Source: an uncultured Porphyromonadaceae bacterium
Lineage (GTDB): Bacteria; Bacteroidota; Bacteroidia; Bacteroidales; Muribaculaceae
Assembly (NCBI GenBank): GCA_947175215.1
Contig: CAMWLR010000001.1
Coordinates: 6,199 to 70,198, forward strand
Direction: 5' to 3'
DNA: 64,000 bases
Part shown: positions 21,001-28,979 of the stretch, piece after piece
How positions within the stretch are numbered: the stretch's first letter is position 1
Layout: each line of letters opens with the position of its first letter
Position numbers and translations under genes: made by a program
The notes under the pieces: model-generated
Databases searched by the model: none
Seen by the model: the letters and a program-made list of their open reading frames with translations, nothing else
What the model was told of the DNA's origin: nothing

Positions 21001-23715
21001 GGCATTGTCTGCCGCCGACCCCGTGATGATGCTGAATGACCCGGCGGGATCTGCAACAATGCTGCTCTCGGGTATCCACAGGTGTGAGTCAACCGGGCAA
21101 ACCTTATCCATGGGACGGTAAACAGTTATCTCACAAGGGCGAGCGGGATCAGCCAAGGCAGTGTCAACCGGTGCGAACTCCAGGGAATAAACGCCCGTGG
21201 GGAGGTTTGAAATCACCGAAGTCACAGACCCGGTCGGGATTTTCCCCTCAGCAACCCTGACAGAGTCACGCATGACGGTATATATCAGATCGAGGGGACG
21301 GGGGTCACCGTTGGCATCGCGCGCCTCGACTGAGGCCTTAAACTGACGGGCGACGTTGATCACTGCCGGGATTGAGGGAATGATTCCCAACGGTTTACCC
21401 ATATTGAATGTGGCAGTCATGGTGCGAGTCTCACCGTCAGCCGACGTCACCTCGATGTTGCATACGAATATACCGTTACGTGACGGTGCAGATGATATGG
21501 CCTGTGCCGGAATGTCAACAGTAAATTGACCGTCGGCATCCGTGACCGTCTCGGTGGTAAAGAATACGGTCGAAGTGGTTTTCCACCACCAGAATCCCTG
21601 CTGTACAGTCAGGGATGCCTTTACCTGGGCGTCCGAGACCGGGAAACCTGAATATGTGACGGCCTTACCGATCACGCTCGCACTGTCGGCGTAGGTCGCG
21701 GGGCGGTTGACCGCCACTTTGGTCACCTCAAAGGTCGGCAACTTGTAATCGCTGACGGTGAAGTAATGTGACCCGATGTAATTCAACACTTTATCCGACC
21801 CGGTAACCTTGGCGGCACTCAGTGAGAACTGACCGGTCAACCCGGCGGTGGGGAGAGTGAACTTACCCTCAGCACGCCCCCATGAATCGGTCACGAGAAA
21901 TATCGTGTCGACCGACTGATAGTTGACATCCCTGAGGGTCACACCGATGCGCGCATCGCTCAGAGGCGTGCGCCCGTTATTGCCGGTATTGTATGCGACC
22001 AGCGCGAACTCAACATCATCTCCGGGGCGATATAGTCCTAAGGACGTGAAGATGTCTATACCCTCAGATTTGCGTTCTGCATAATTATATTGTGTCAAGA
22101 TCGAAACAGGCGGAGCAAACTTGTCGTCTCCCTTGGCTGCCGATATAAAGCCATACTCCGTGACAGCAAGCTCTTTCTCTCCCAGCGCATCAGTTACACC
22201 TTTGAGGGCAGATTTACCCTGTCTGCGTGACCAGGGGGTAAAGAACAGTTCGGCTCCCGCGACCGGATTCCCGTCAAGGGCATTGATCACCCATGCCGAC
22301 TGACTTTCACCGACCGAGAGTGTCGACAGGGTCAGATCGCTGCACCTTATTACCTGGTGACTCCCTGACGATTGTTTGCCGTCAACCGTGAGTTTGATTA
22401 TATATAATCCATAGTCAGGGAATGTCAATGAGGTCTCGACATCAGTGATATAGGGTATCTCATTATCGAGTCTGACAACCGCCGTATCAACCATAACACC
22501 CTGATTGCCGGACGATGGCCATACCTCAGACCGACTTAGGTCGGCATTATCCGGGAGCTTGTTGAGCTGAATTGCAATCTTGCGCGCATTGCGGGCATTG
22601 ACCTTAACCTTAATAGGGCGGCCGGGAGCGACCTGAGCCGGCAGTTGAATATCAGCCGACGTCTTGGTCAGTTCTTTTAACGCATTATTAATATTGGGCT
22701 TGAGGAAACTGCCGGGAAACCGCTCTTGATACTCATTGAGCAGGCGGTAAAGTTCGCGAGCCCGGTCACCGGAGTCACCCTCATCTGCCGCGCAGAGAAA
22801 TAACCCCGCAAACTCGCTGTCACAGTTATCCTTGTAAAGCCTGAGCACCTCATCAAGATAGAGACTCCACACACTGTTACCCTCGCCCGAGTTATATTCA
22901 TCGGGGTTATAGACATGATAGCGGACGAAATCTCTGACCGACACCTGCTGTTGGAACAACGGCGCGGGCCGGTCGGCATGAAACCGTATCAGCGCCGAGT
23001 ATAGCCCCAGAATCATCGCCATCGGGCGGCAGGTCGGTCCGGGACGCAACGCGGGGTTGGTCGGATCTGTTATCAGTAACGGAGAGAGAATCTTCATACG
23101 GTGGGGCGGGGCAAACTCCTTGAGATTCGCGATCCCGACACCTGCGATGAAATCAAATAATGTCGGATAAAACCTTAGATTTTCGTGGTTAATATCCACA
23201 ATCCCGACATAGTCATTGAGGGGAGACTGTTGCAACGCCTCGGCATCCTTGAGTGAGCCGGAGGTCAGATCCATGACCTTGTTGAGAAACTGCCCGGCAC
23301 TCCACTTACGGTAATCATTACCGCTGTCAGCCACTGTCTCTCGTCGGTCATACGTCCAACTGTCGGCATCGTATAACTGCACATATATGCGCGCCTCGAG
23401 AGCATTGAGCAGCGACTTGGTCAGCGGATCTTTCTCGCGGGCAGTGATACCCTCAAGTTTCTCAATAAACGCGCCGATCGAGTCGGTGTTGACAATCGAG
23501 TGGGCAAGGCCCAGTCGTATCATGGCGTTTACTACCCCCTTGCCATCAGAGGCTTTAAGCGCAGCTTTGAGGTCTGCCTCAGCACTCTTCTCGACCTTCT
23601 CCGGGAAAGCGAAATCCGGAGCGGCAGCGTGTGACCTGCTGAATAATGAATTGGCTAATATCATCGTGATAATGATTATGACTGAGCGAAAGTATCGGGT
23701 CTTTGTCATGGTCAT
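18037..23715 (-). CDS. Bacterial alpha-2-macroglobulin family protein (1892 aa, secreted)
   Basis: YRPGDDV, DYKLPTFEV, IETFRDKVIPGQDE, bait-like low-complexity stretch, PDANTTW, VVIEDLRAAGLEP, YRENRD, AQVQSQYNP. No CxEQ thioester motif seen. Confidence 0.9.
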   Translation of the reverse strand: MTMTKTRYFRSVIIIITMILANSLFSRSHAAAPDFAFPEKVEKSAEADLKAALKASDGKGVVNAMIRLGLAHSIVNTDSIGAFIEKLEGITAREKDPLTKSLLNALEARIYVQLYDADSWTYDRRETVADSGNDYRKWSAGQFLNKVMDLTSGSLKDAEALQQSPLNDYVGIVDINHENLRFYPTLFDFIAGVGIANLKEFAPPHRMKILSPLLITDPTNPALRPGPTCRPMAMILGLYSALIRFHADRPAPLFQQQVSVRDFVRYHVYNPDEYNSGEGNSVWSLYLDEVLRLYKDNCDSEFAGLFLCAADEGDSGDRARELYRLLNEYQERFPGSFLKPNINNALKELTKTSADIQLPAQVAPGRPIKVKVNARNARKIAIQLNKLPDNADLSRSEVWPSSGNQGVMVDTAVVRLDNEIPYITDVETSLTFPDYGLYIIKLTVDGKQSSGSHQVIRCSDLTLSTLSVGESQSAWVINALDGNPVAGAELFFTPWSRRQGKSALKGVTDALGEKELAVTEYGFISAAKGDDKFAPPVSILTQYNYAERKSEGIDIFTSLGLYRPGDDVEFALVAYNTGNNGRTPLSDARIGVTLRDVNYQSVDTIFLVTDSWGRAEGKFTLPTAGLTGQFSLSAAKVTGSDKVLNYIGSHYFTVSDYKLPTFEVTKVAVNRPATYADSASVIGKAVTYSGFPVSDAQVKASLTVQQGFWWWKTTSTVFFTTETVTDADGQFTVDIPAQAISSAPSRNGIFVCNIEVTSADGETRTMTATFNMGKPLGIIPSIPAVINVARQFKASVEARDANGDPRPLDLIYTVMRDSVRVAEGKIPTGSVTSVISNLPTGVYSLEFAPVDTALADPARPCEITVYRPMDKVCPVDSHLWIPESSIVADPAGSFSIITGSAADNAVARVIVTSYPGKIVNKRWVNLKRGMQSITGKIPAGEESVRVLVQSVKDFKAESYEVAVKSNAARKSVTLEIETFRDKVIPGQDEKVTLRVKPVGGADAASAVMLDMANKAIDVLAPNNLRLSKFSDASWSVSYDGLRFYSRSYNAHSNIKYSDAYTIIPPKFQFYGLSFGTVGRYMMSKFSIRGSRSMATNGSADMVVEDKAMMAEADYDEAAVETMAAPAAAGMAADAGSVSSEEPKESDDSYRPSEIPLAFFRPMLTTGEDGTLEITYTVPDANTTWILRALAYNKELLASSAEVEIVSSKPVMVSQNAPRFLRAGDSITLSASIMNDTDTTREVKVISEILSADGLTLLYKNEEELTLPAKGSAVTSVSVNAPVGQTGLIYRVRAMSGDYTDGEQSLLPILPSEQDVVESEIFYLAPGQNSFSISLPAVSDDDRVYLNFTENPAWQVVSALPGLRDNSINSSVEASAALFSAAVAEGLMREYPEVARVLRRWVETNDPALISELEKNSELKTMLLSATPWVSEALSDTERMQRLALLFDRRETSKVIASAIDRLAMMRADGGWSWSDRYPVVSRWATEVILEEFGQLKRMGYLPSDQRLNKMIKETVAYLDKETAREFARYPRGDYWLYVMIRDNFTDIPLSTAASRVVEAQVQKALADWKNASVAMKGVYALMLNNHGYNASARQILQSLREFSTSTPEKGMWWQQLDRYSTLWSFDRVAITSVILDAFNAVEPGCDDVEKIRQWLILNKTNNDWGNAVMTTQTVASILTSGKPLKVNPRGTAIHVGDTLILPENQEYATGEFTEQITSLLSRPETLTIDRQADYPSVGGVVMMRRLPMDSIAAVGCREITVAKSMMVFDGEQWIPRNEFKVGDRVRVELTLNVEDDLSYVVIEDLRAAGLEPVEQLPRPIAAEGLWFYRENRDSSTNIFIDFMPRGVYRLAYELFAAQSGDFLSGVAQVQSQYNPIVLAHSAGQTVKIVSVK

Positions 23716-23811
23716 ATATTATAAACATCGCAGCGTGTTGACCATTTGCACCTGCCGTGACGGGGGCAAACGCGACACGCCGCGTAATAAGTATTCGTGA
23801 GGAGAAACAAT

Positions 23812-23840
23812 CCCGGCTGACTGTTGACGGTCAATCCGGG
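23812..23840 (-). terminator. Hairpin after the Spy-like gene, possible intrinsic terminator
   Basis: Minus strand CCCGG-A-TTGAC / GTCAG-CCGGG stem followed by ATTGTTTCT. Confidence 0.4.
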
Positions 23841-23851
23841 GGGCATCACGG

Positions 23852-24349
23852 TTATTTATCCTTATCTTTCTCTTTTTCGGCTTTGGCCTTTGTGCGCAGT
23901 CGGTGATGCTGGCGCATCATCTCGCGGTTAAACTGACGCTCAACTCCTTTGAGCCGGAAGAGCTGCTTGCGCGTGAGAATATCCTTAAACTTATCCATAT
24001 ACTCACGCTCGATCTGGGCCGATTTGATCGCCGAATCATAGATGGCCTCGGTGGCTTTCTCATACTCGAGGTCGGTCGCCGTGGGGAGATCAGAGACCCG
24101 CTTCTCCATCGCGCGCGACTCATCATCTATCTTAGCCTCGGCATCCTCCATCTCCTCATAAAGGGGGAAGAATTTGGTCTGCTGCTCACGGGTGAGCTGC
24201 AACTCTTTGGTGAGGTAGAGCCGTTTATACTGGCGCATCTCGGTCATCCACTGCTCGCGGTCACCCTGATTCTGAGGTGCGGGGCGCGCCGAGATCGAGA
24301 GGACGGCAAGCCATAGCAGCGAAACGAGTGTCAATATCCTGATATTCAT
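23852..24349 (-). CDS. Secreted helical protein, Spy/CpxP-like (putative periplasmic chaperone or sensor)
   Basis: Signal peptide; ELQLTREQQTKFFPLY and ILTRKQL LTxxQ-type repeats; third gene of the ECF cluster. Confidence 0.6.
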   Translation of the reverse strand: MNIRILTLVSLLWLAVLSISARPAPQNQGDREQWMTEMRQYKRLYLTKELQLTREQQTKFFPLYEEMEDAEAKIDDESRAMEKRVSDLPTATDLEYEKATEAIYDSAIKSAQIEREYMDKFKDILTRKQLFRLKGVERQFNREMMRQHHRLRTKAKAEKEKDKDK

Positions 24350-24392
24350 AACCTGTAACTTTCAGGGGGGGAAATTATTATATCATTAACCG

Positions 24393-24845
24393 TTATTCCT
24401 CAGTCATCCAGTCGAGTGACTCATCGAGAGAGTCTGCCGGAATCATATCATCGACCGAGATGCTGTCGAGATACATCTCCTCAAGCACCTCGCGCCCCGA
24501 GACATCATCCCTGAGATATTCATAGATAAAAGTCTCGTCAGAGAGAGCGTTTGAGAGCACCTCATTATTGTCTATCGACAGGTCTATACCACCGCCCGTG
24601 CCAAGCATGGCAAACATCTTGACCATACACCACACGCCGGCAAACATCGCCGCCATGTAGACAAAGGGGCGGATCTTACCCCATAATGTCTTCGGCGCCT
24701 CGATCTTCCTGACGATTTCGGCCGCCTCGTTAGGGGGGAGCATTGCCTCCATCCGCTTCTCGAAATCGGCAAAGTACCCGTCAGGGACGGTCATACCGTC
24801 TCGTCGGCCTATTTTGTCAAGTATATTTTCCTTATCAGTTTTCAT
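24393..24845 (-). CDS. Conserved Bacteroidetes single-TM protein, putative anti-sigma factor
   Basis: GMTVPDGYF N-terminal motif, one hydrophobic helix (FVYMAAMFAGVWCMV), acidic C-terminus; directly after the ECF sigma gene. Confidence 0.55.
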   Translation of the reverse strand: MKTDKENILDKIGRRDGMTVPDGYFADFEKRMEAMLPPNEAAEIVRKIEAPKTLWGKIRPFVYMAAMFAGVWCMVKMFAMLGTGGGIDLSIDNNEVLSNALSDETFIYEYLRDDVSGREVLEEMYLDSISVDDMIPADSLDESLDWMTEE

Positions 24846-24869
24846 TGCAGTTGTTCTTGAAGCTGCTAT

Positions 24870-24897
24870 TTTGACTCATTGCGAAACCAAAGGTTTA
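24870..24897 (-). promoter_or_regulatory. Putative ECF-type promoter TAAACC-N16-GTCAAA
   Basis: Minus strand reads taaacc-tttggtttcgcaatga-gtcaaa, 24 nt before the ATG at 24845. Confidence 0.45.
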
Positions 24898-24935
24898 ACC
24901 CGTGGTGATAAATTTTATACGGCCGCCGGACACCG

Positions 24936-25496
24936 TCAGTCGGTTTCGGCAAAATATTGTTCTATCTTCTTGACAGCTATATGATAAGAAGCCTTCAACG
25001 CTCCGACCGAAGTACCGAGAATTTCAGACATCTGCTCATACTTCATCTCATCGTAATATTTCATGTTGAATACCAGCCGTTGTTTCTCGGGCAGAGAGGC
25101 TACCGCCTTACGCAGTTTAAGTGCAAGATCGTCACCGTCGACATACTCATCGCTCTCAATGAGGTTGACCAGATGGCTCTCTTCATCATCAATACTGATA
25201 CTCAATCTTTTACGCTCCTTTGCCAAAAATGTTATCGACTCATTGAGGGCTATCTTGTAGAGCCATGTCGACAACTTGGCGTCACCTCTGAATCCGTCGA
25301 CCGACTGCCACGCCTTGAGAAACGTGTTTTGCAGTATATCGTTGGCATCATCGTGACTCTCCACCATACGGCGTATCTGCCAGTATAGCGGCTCTGAATA
25401 CCGCCGCATGACATCATTGAACGCCTCGCGGCAGGTAGCAGGTTGCCGGAGTCGCTCGATCAGGTCTGTATCTTCGCGGGGTAATTCTTTTGCCAT
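24936..25496 (-). CDS. ECF (sigma-70 group 4) RNA polymerase sigma factor
   Basis: DDANDILQNTFLKAW, KLSTWLYKIALN (region 2); LPEKQRLVF...YEQMSEILGTSVGALKASYH (region 4). Confidence 0.95.
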   Translation of the reverse strand: MAKELPREDTDLIERLRQPATCREAFNDVMRRYSEPLYWQIRRMVESHDDANDILQNTFLKAWQSVDGFRGDAKLSTWLYKIALNESITFLAKERKRLSISIDDEESHLVNLIESDEYVDGDDLALKLRKAVASLPEKQRLVFNMKYYDEMKYEQMSEILGTSVGALKASYHIAVKKIEQYFAETD

Positions 25497-25517
25497 TACG
25501 GATCGGTTTTAATTCCT

Positions 25518-25554
25518 CAAAATTAACACTTAAAATCGGGTTACACCAAATTTA
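25518..25554 (-). promoter_or_regulatory. Two -7-type boxes (TAAATTTG, TAATTTTG) upstream of the ECF sigma gene
   Basis: TAnnTTTG matches at 25547-25554 and 25518-25525 on the minus strand. Confidence 0.45.
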
Positions 25555-25597
25555 TACCTTTTTTTTACGATTTATTTACAATCTTAGGAAAATATCG

Positions 25598-25605
25598 TAA
25601 CTTTG
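25598..25605 (+). promoter_or_regulatory. -7 box (TAACTTTG) upstream of the TonB-dependent receptor
   Basis: Exact TAnnTTTG in an AT-rich divergent spacer. Confidence 0.6.
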
Positions 25606-25673
25606 CACCCGACAAATCACATGGCTTAACATATTTTGCGCTGCGGCACGGGCCGGCCCACCCATACTCAGGT

Positions 25674-27959
25674 ATGTCTGTTATTCGCTTACTGCACATA
25701 TTATTGATTATCAACGTCATCGCGACCCCTATAGCTTATGCCGGAGAGGCCGGCGTTGGCTCTTTATCACCCGACAGCACGGCTACCTCTCTCCGCGAGA
25801 TCAGTCTCGGCGAGGTCTCGGTCTCGGCCATAAAAGGGGGTAACAATCCTCAGGCTGACGAGGCGGTGACATATATCGGACGCAAAGCTATCGAGACATA
25901 CGACCTGATTAATCTGCGCGAAGCATCGGCATTCGCCCCTAACTTCTATATCCCCGCCTACGGGTCGCGCATGACATCATCAATATATGTGCGCGGCTTG
26001 GGTACACGCATCGACCAACCGGTGGTGGGGCTCAATATCGACAATATACCTATTATAAATAAAGACAATTATGATGTTGACCTGGCTGATATAGACCGTA
26101 TCGAACTGCTGCGAGGCCCTCAGAATATCCTCTACGGACGTAACACAATGGGTGGACTGATCAATATCTACACCCTCTCGCCCCTGAATTACGAGGGTGT
26201 CAGGGCACGGTTATCATACGGCAATCATAACACTTGGCGCGCCTCAGCCGGTATCTACCGCCGACTCACCGGCAAACTCGGGATGTCACTCACAGGCGAA
26301 CTGTCGGGCACAGACGGTTTTCACCGCAATCTTTATAATAACAGCAACGCAGGCAGCGAGAGTTACGGCAGCCTGAGATGGAAGACCGCGTTTCGCCCCT
26401 CATCAAAGGTGGTGGTCGAGAATACCGCCATGCTCACGCGCGGCAGACAACACGGTTACCCCTATCTCGATGTGGCCGCCGGGAAGATTGCCTACAACGA
26501 TACCTGCTATTACAGCCGTCTGTCATTTATCGACGGTCTCACCGTCAAACATTCATTCAAGGGTATAACATTCTCATCTATAATGAGTGTGCAATATCTC
26601 GATGATGACATGACCCTCGATCAGGACTTCACGACCGATGACTATTTCACTCTCACTCAGAAACGTAAGGAGTGGGCGGTCACCGGCGACTTTGTCGCCC
26701 GCGGCCCTAAGACCGGCAAATATTCATGGCTGACAGGCGTTTTCGGATATTACCGCCACTCTGACATGCAAGCACCGGTGACCTTTTACAGCACCGGTAT
26801 CGACCGCCTCATTGTGGCCAACCGCAATAATGCCAACCCCTACTACCCGATCGCGTGGGATTCCCCCTCTTTTACCCTTGGCAGTGACTTCACGATGCCC
26901 TCGGGGGGATTGTCGGCCTATCATGAGAGCTCCCTCACACTCGGCGATTTCACCATCACTGCCGGGCTGAGGCTTGACTGGGAACGCACAGACCTAAGAT
27001 ACCGCAGCCATTGTAACACCGGATACACGGTCTATCACAACGCCGACCCGTCAATGCCACAGACCACGCCATTGCCGGTCTACCGCAACGCCCGGGTCGA
27101 GATAGATGAGTCGGGGAGTCTGTCTCACGACTACACCCAGTTGCTGCCCAAACTCTCGTTGTCATACAACTTGCCCGAAATGACCGGAAACGTTTACGCA
27201 TCTGCCACCAAAGGATATAAGGCCGGGGGATACAACACCCAGATGTTCTCAGACTTCCTGCAACAGCGGCTGATGGCCGATATGGGTCTGTCGATGCAAT
27301 ATGACGTGGATCAGACGGTAGCATACAGCCCCGAGACCGACTGGACCTTTGAGATCGGTGCGCATCTGTGGTTTCTCGACCAACGGCTTAACGTCGACTT
27401 CTCGGCCTTCTGGATCAACATTGAGGATCAGCAGATAACCATGTTCCCCGAGGGTACGATCACCGGACGCATCATGGCCAATGCCGGGCGAGCCCGTTCA
27501 CGCGGTATCGAGCTTGCGGCTTCTTATCAGGCCCTCAGCGGATGGTTCGCTAAGGGTTCCTACGGATTTACAGACGCGAGGTTTCTCGACTTTAACAACG
27601 GACGGGCTGACTACTCGGGCAAGCGCATCCCCTACGCCCCGTCAAACACCCTGTTTATAGGCGCGGGGTATACCCGCCATCTGACTGGATTTGTCGACTC
27701 GGCAGCCTTACAGGTTAACACACGTGGTGTCGGAAACATCTGCTGGGACGAGACCAACAGTGCCATCCAACCGTTTTATATGCTTCTCAATGCGTCGGTC
27801 GCCGCTACTCATCGCAACTTCCGACTCGAGATATGGGCCGACAATATTACGGCCACGCAATATGCGACGTTTTATTTCGTTTCAATAGGGAACACCTTCT
27901 TGCAACGTGGCAACGGTTTCTCAATCGGTGTCACTTTGACATGGCAGATGGAGATGTAA
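25674..27959 (+). CDS. TonB-dependent outer-membrane receptor
   Basis: Signal peptide; TonB-box-like EVSVSA; plug motifs IYVRG and IELLRGPQNILYGRNTMGGLINI; KGYKAGGYN; terminal aromatic strand GVTLTWQM. Confidence 0.92.
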   Translation: MSVIRLLHILLIINVIATPIAYAGEAGVGSLSPDSTATSLREISLGEVSVSAIKGGNNPQADEAVTYIGRKAIETYDLINLREASAFAPNFYIPAYGSRMTSSIYVRGLGTRIDQPVVGLNIDNIPIINKDNYDVDLADIDRIELLRGPQNILYGRNTMGGLINIYTLSPLNYEGVRARLSYGNHNTWRASAGIYRRLTGKLGMSLTGELSGTDGFHRNLYNNSNAGSESYGSLRWKTAFRPSSKVVVENTAMLTRGRQHGYPYLDVAAGKIAYNDTCYYSRLSFIDGLTVKHSFKGITFSSIMSVQYLDDDMTLDQDFTTDDYFTLTQKRKEWAVTGDFVARGPKTGKYSWLTGVFGYYRHSDMQAPVTFYSTGIDRLIVANRNNANPYYPIAWDSPSFTLGSDFTMPSGGLSAYHESSLTLGDFTITAGLRLDWERTDLRYRSHCNTGYTVYHNADPSMPQTTPLPVYRNARVEIDESGSLSHDYTQLLPKLSLSYNLPEMTGNVYASATKGYKAGGYNTQMFSDFLQQRLMADMGLSMQYDVDQTVAYSPETDWTFEIGAHLWFLDQRLNVDFSAFWINIEDQQITMFPEGTITGRIMANAGRARSRGIELAASYQALSGWFAKGSYGFTDARFLDFNNGRADYSGKRIPYAPSNTLFIGAGYTRHLTGFVDSAALQVNTRGVGNICWDETNSAIQPFYMLLNASVAATHRNFRLEIWADNITATQYATFYFVSIGNTFLQRGNGFSIGVTLTWQMEM

Positions 27960-28015
27960 CCCTACATAACGTCACAAATATTTGACTGATAACAATATAA
28001 AGCCCACTTACAATA

Positions 28016-28867
28016 ATGAAATTTCTAAGACTTCTCCCGCTCCTGATTATCGGCTTGATCATTACCTCATGCAATAACGACGACACCCCCAAGGAGAACT
28101 CACAATACCTGACCATCTCATCGACACTCAATTATGTGTCGGTGATAGATGACAGCGATAATTCACAAGAAATTTTCACCGGTGCAGACTGGGGTGTACT
28201 GGTCAATCTCGACCGCTCTACCCTGCAGCTCTATGTCAACAGCCTGCAATACCTCCCCAATGAGCATGCCGTTAGCTTCACCCTCCCTGAACTGCGCATG
28301 GAGTACACCTCGACCGGTTGGAAGCTCAACAACCCCCAGTCCATCCAGGTAGAGACCGGTGTATCACCGCTGAATATCTCTGACCTGCATGTTGATTTTG
28401 TGCTGCGCAATGACGGGTCTCAGAATCTGGTGACCATCGCGTTCACTATCAACGGCCGTTATCACGTAAATACTCTCTTTACGCATAACCAGTTTATCGG
28501 TAGCACCACCTCGACCGACATCACCAACCCTGACGACGCCCCCTTCACCACCAACCAGTCACGCTATCTGGTGATTATCGACAAGAAAACGATGAAGGCT
28601 GAGGTACAGATAGCCAATCCGCTCTTTCTCAACGGTATGCCCACAAACCTCGGCATAATGAGATTTAAGGATATACCGATGACATTCACCGATGACGGTT
28701 ACCGCTTTGCCATCGCCAACCTCACCCCCGAGATAGGTGAAGACCCCTACCCCGCATTTGCCCTCACCGATATCAACGGTACGGTTGTAGCGGGCAAGAC
28801 AATGAAACTCAACTTTAAGTGCGCGCGCTTTAACCGTCAGGTTGAGGTCAACGGCACAGCATATTGA
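28016..28867 (+). CDS. Outer-membrane lipoprotein, probably two tandem beta-barrel (calycin-like) domains
   Basis: Lipobox ITSC followed by NNDD (acidic export-signal-like); two beta-rich halves, the second with AEVQIANPLFLNGMP...MRFKDIP. The fold is inferred. Confidence 0.6.
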   Translation: MKFLRLLPLLIIGLIITSCNNDDTPKENSQYLTISSTLNYVSVIDDSDNSQEIFTGADWGVLVNLDRSTLQLYVNSLQYLPNEHAVSFTLPELRMEYTSTGWKLNNPQSIQVETGVSPLNISDLHVDFVLRNDGSQNLVTIAFTINGRYHVNTLFTHNQFIGSTTSTDITNPDDAPFTTNQSRYLVIIDKKTMKAEVQIANPLFLNGMPTNLGIMRFKDIPMTFTDDGYRFAIANLTPEIGEDPYPAFALTDINGTVVAGKTMKLNFKCARFNRQVEVNGTAY

Positions 28868-28979
28868 TCGCGACCCCGATCCCACAACATCACGCGAGCC
28901 CTATGAGACTCGTCAACCACCCACAAATGAGCAGCATCTCAACAAGGTCAATATAAATTTTACGTAAAGCCTCGCGATA

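Noticed and set aside
25557-25566. T8 run in the divergent promoter (and G7 at 24365-24371) as phase-variable tracts
   Set aside because: The runs are short, non-coding and common in AT-rich spacers. There are no invertible repeats or recombinase nearby.
25606-25673. Cobalamin or TPP riboswitch ahead of the TonB receptor
   Set aside because: The leader is only about 60 nt and lacks the B12-box and CUGAGA/TPP core motifs.
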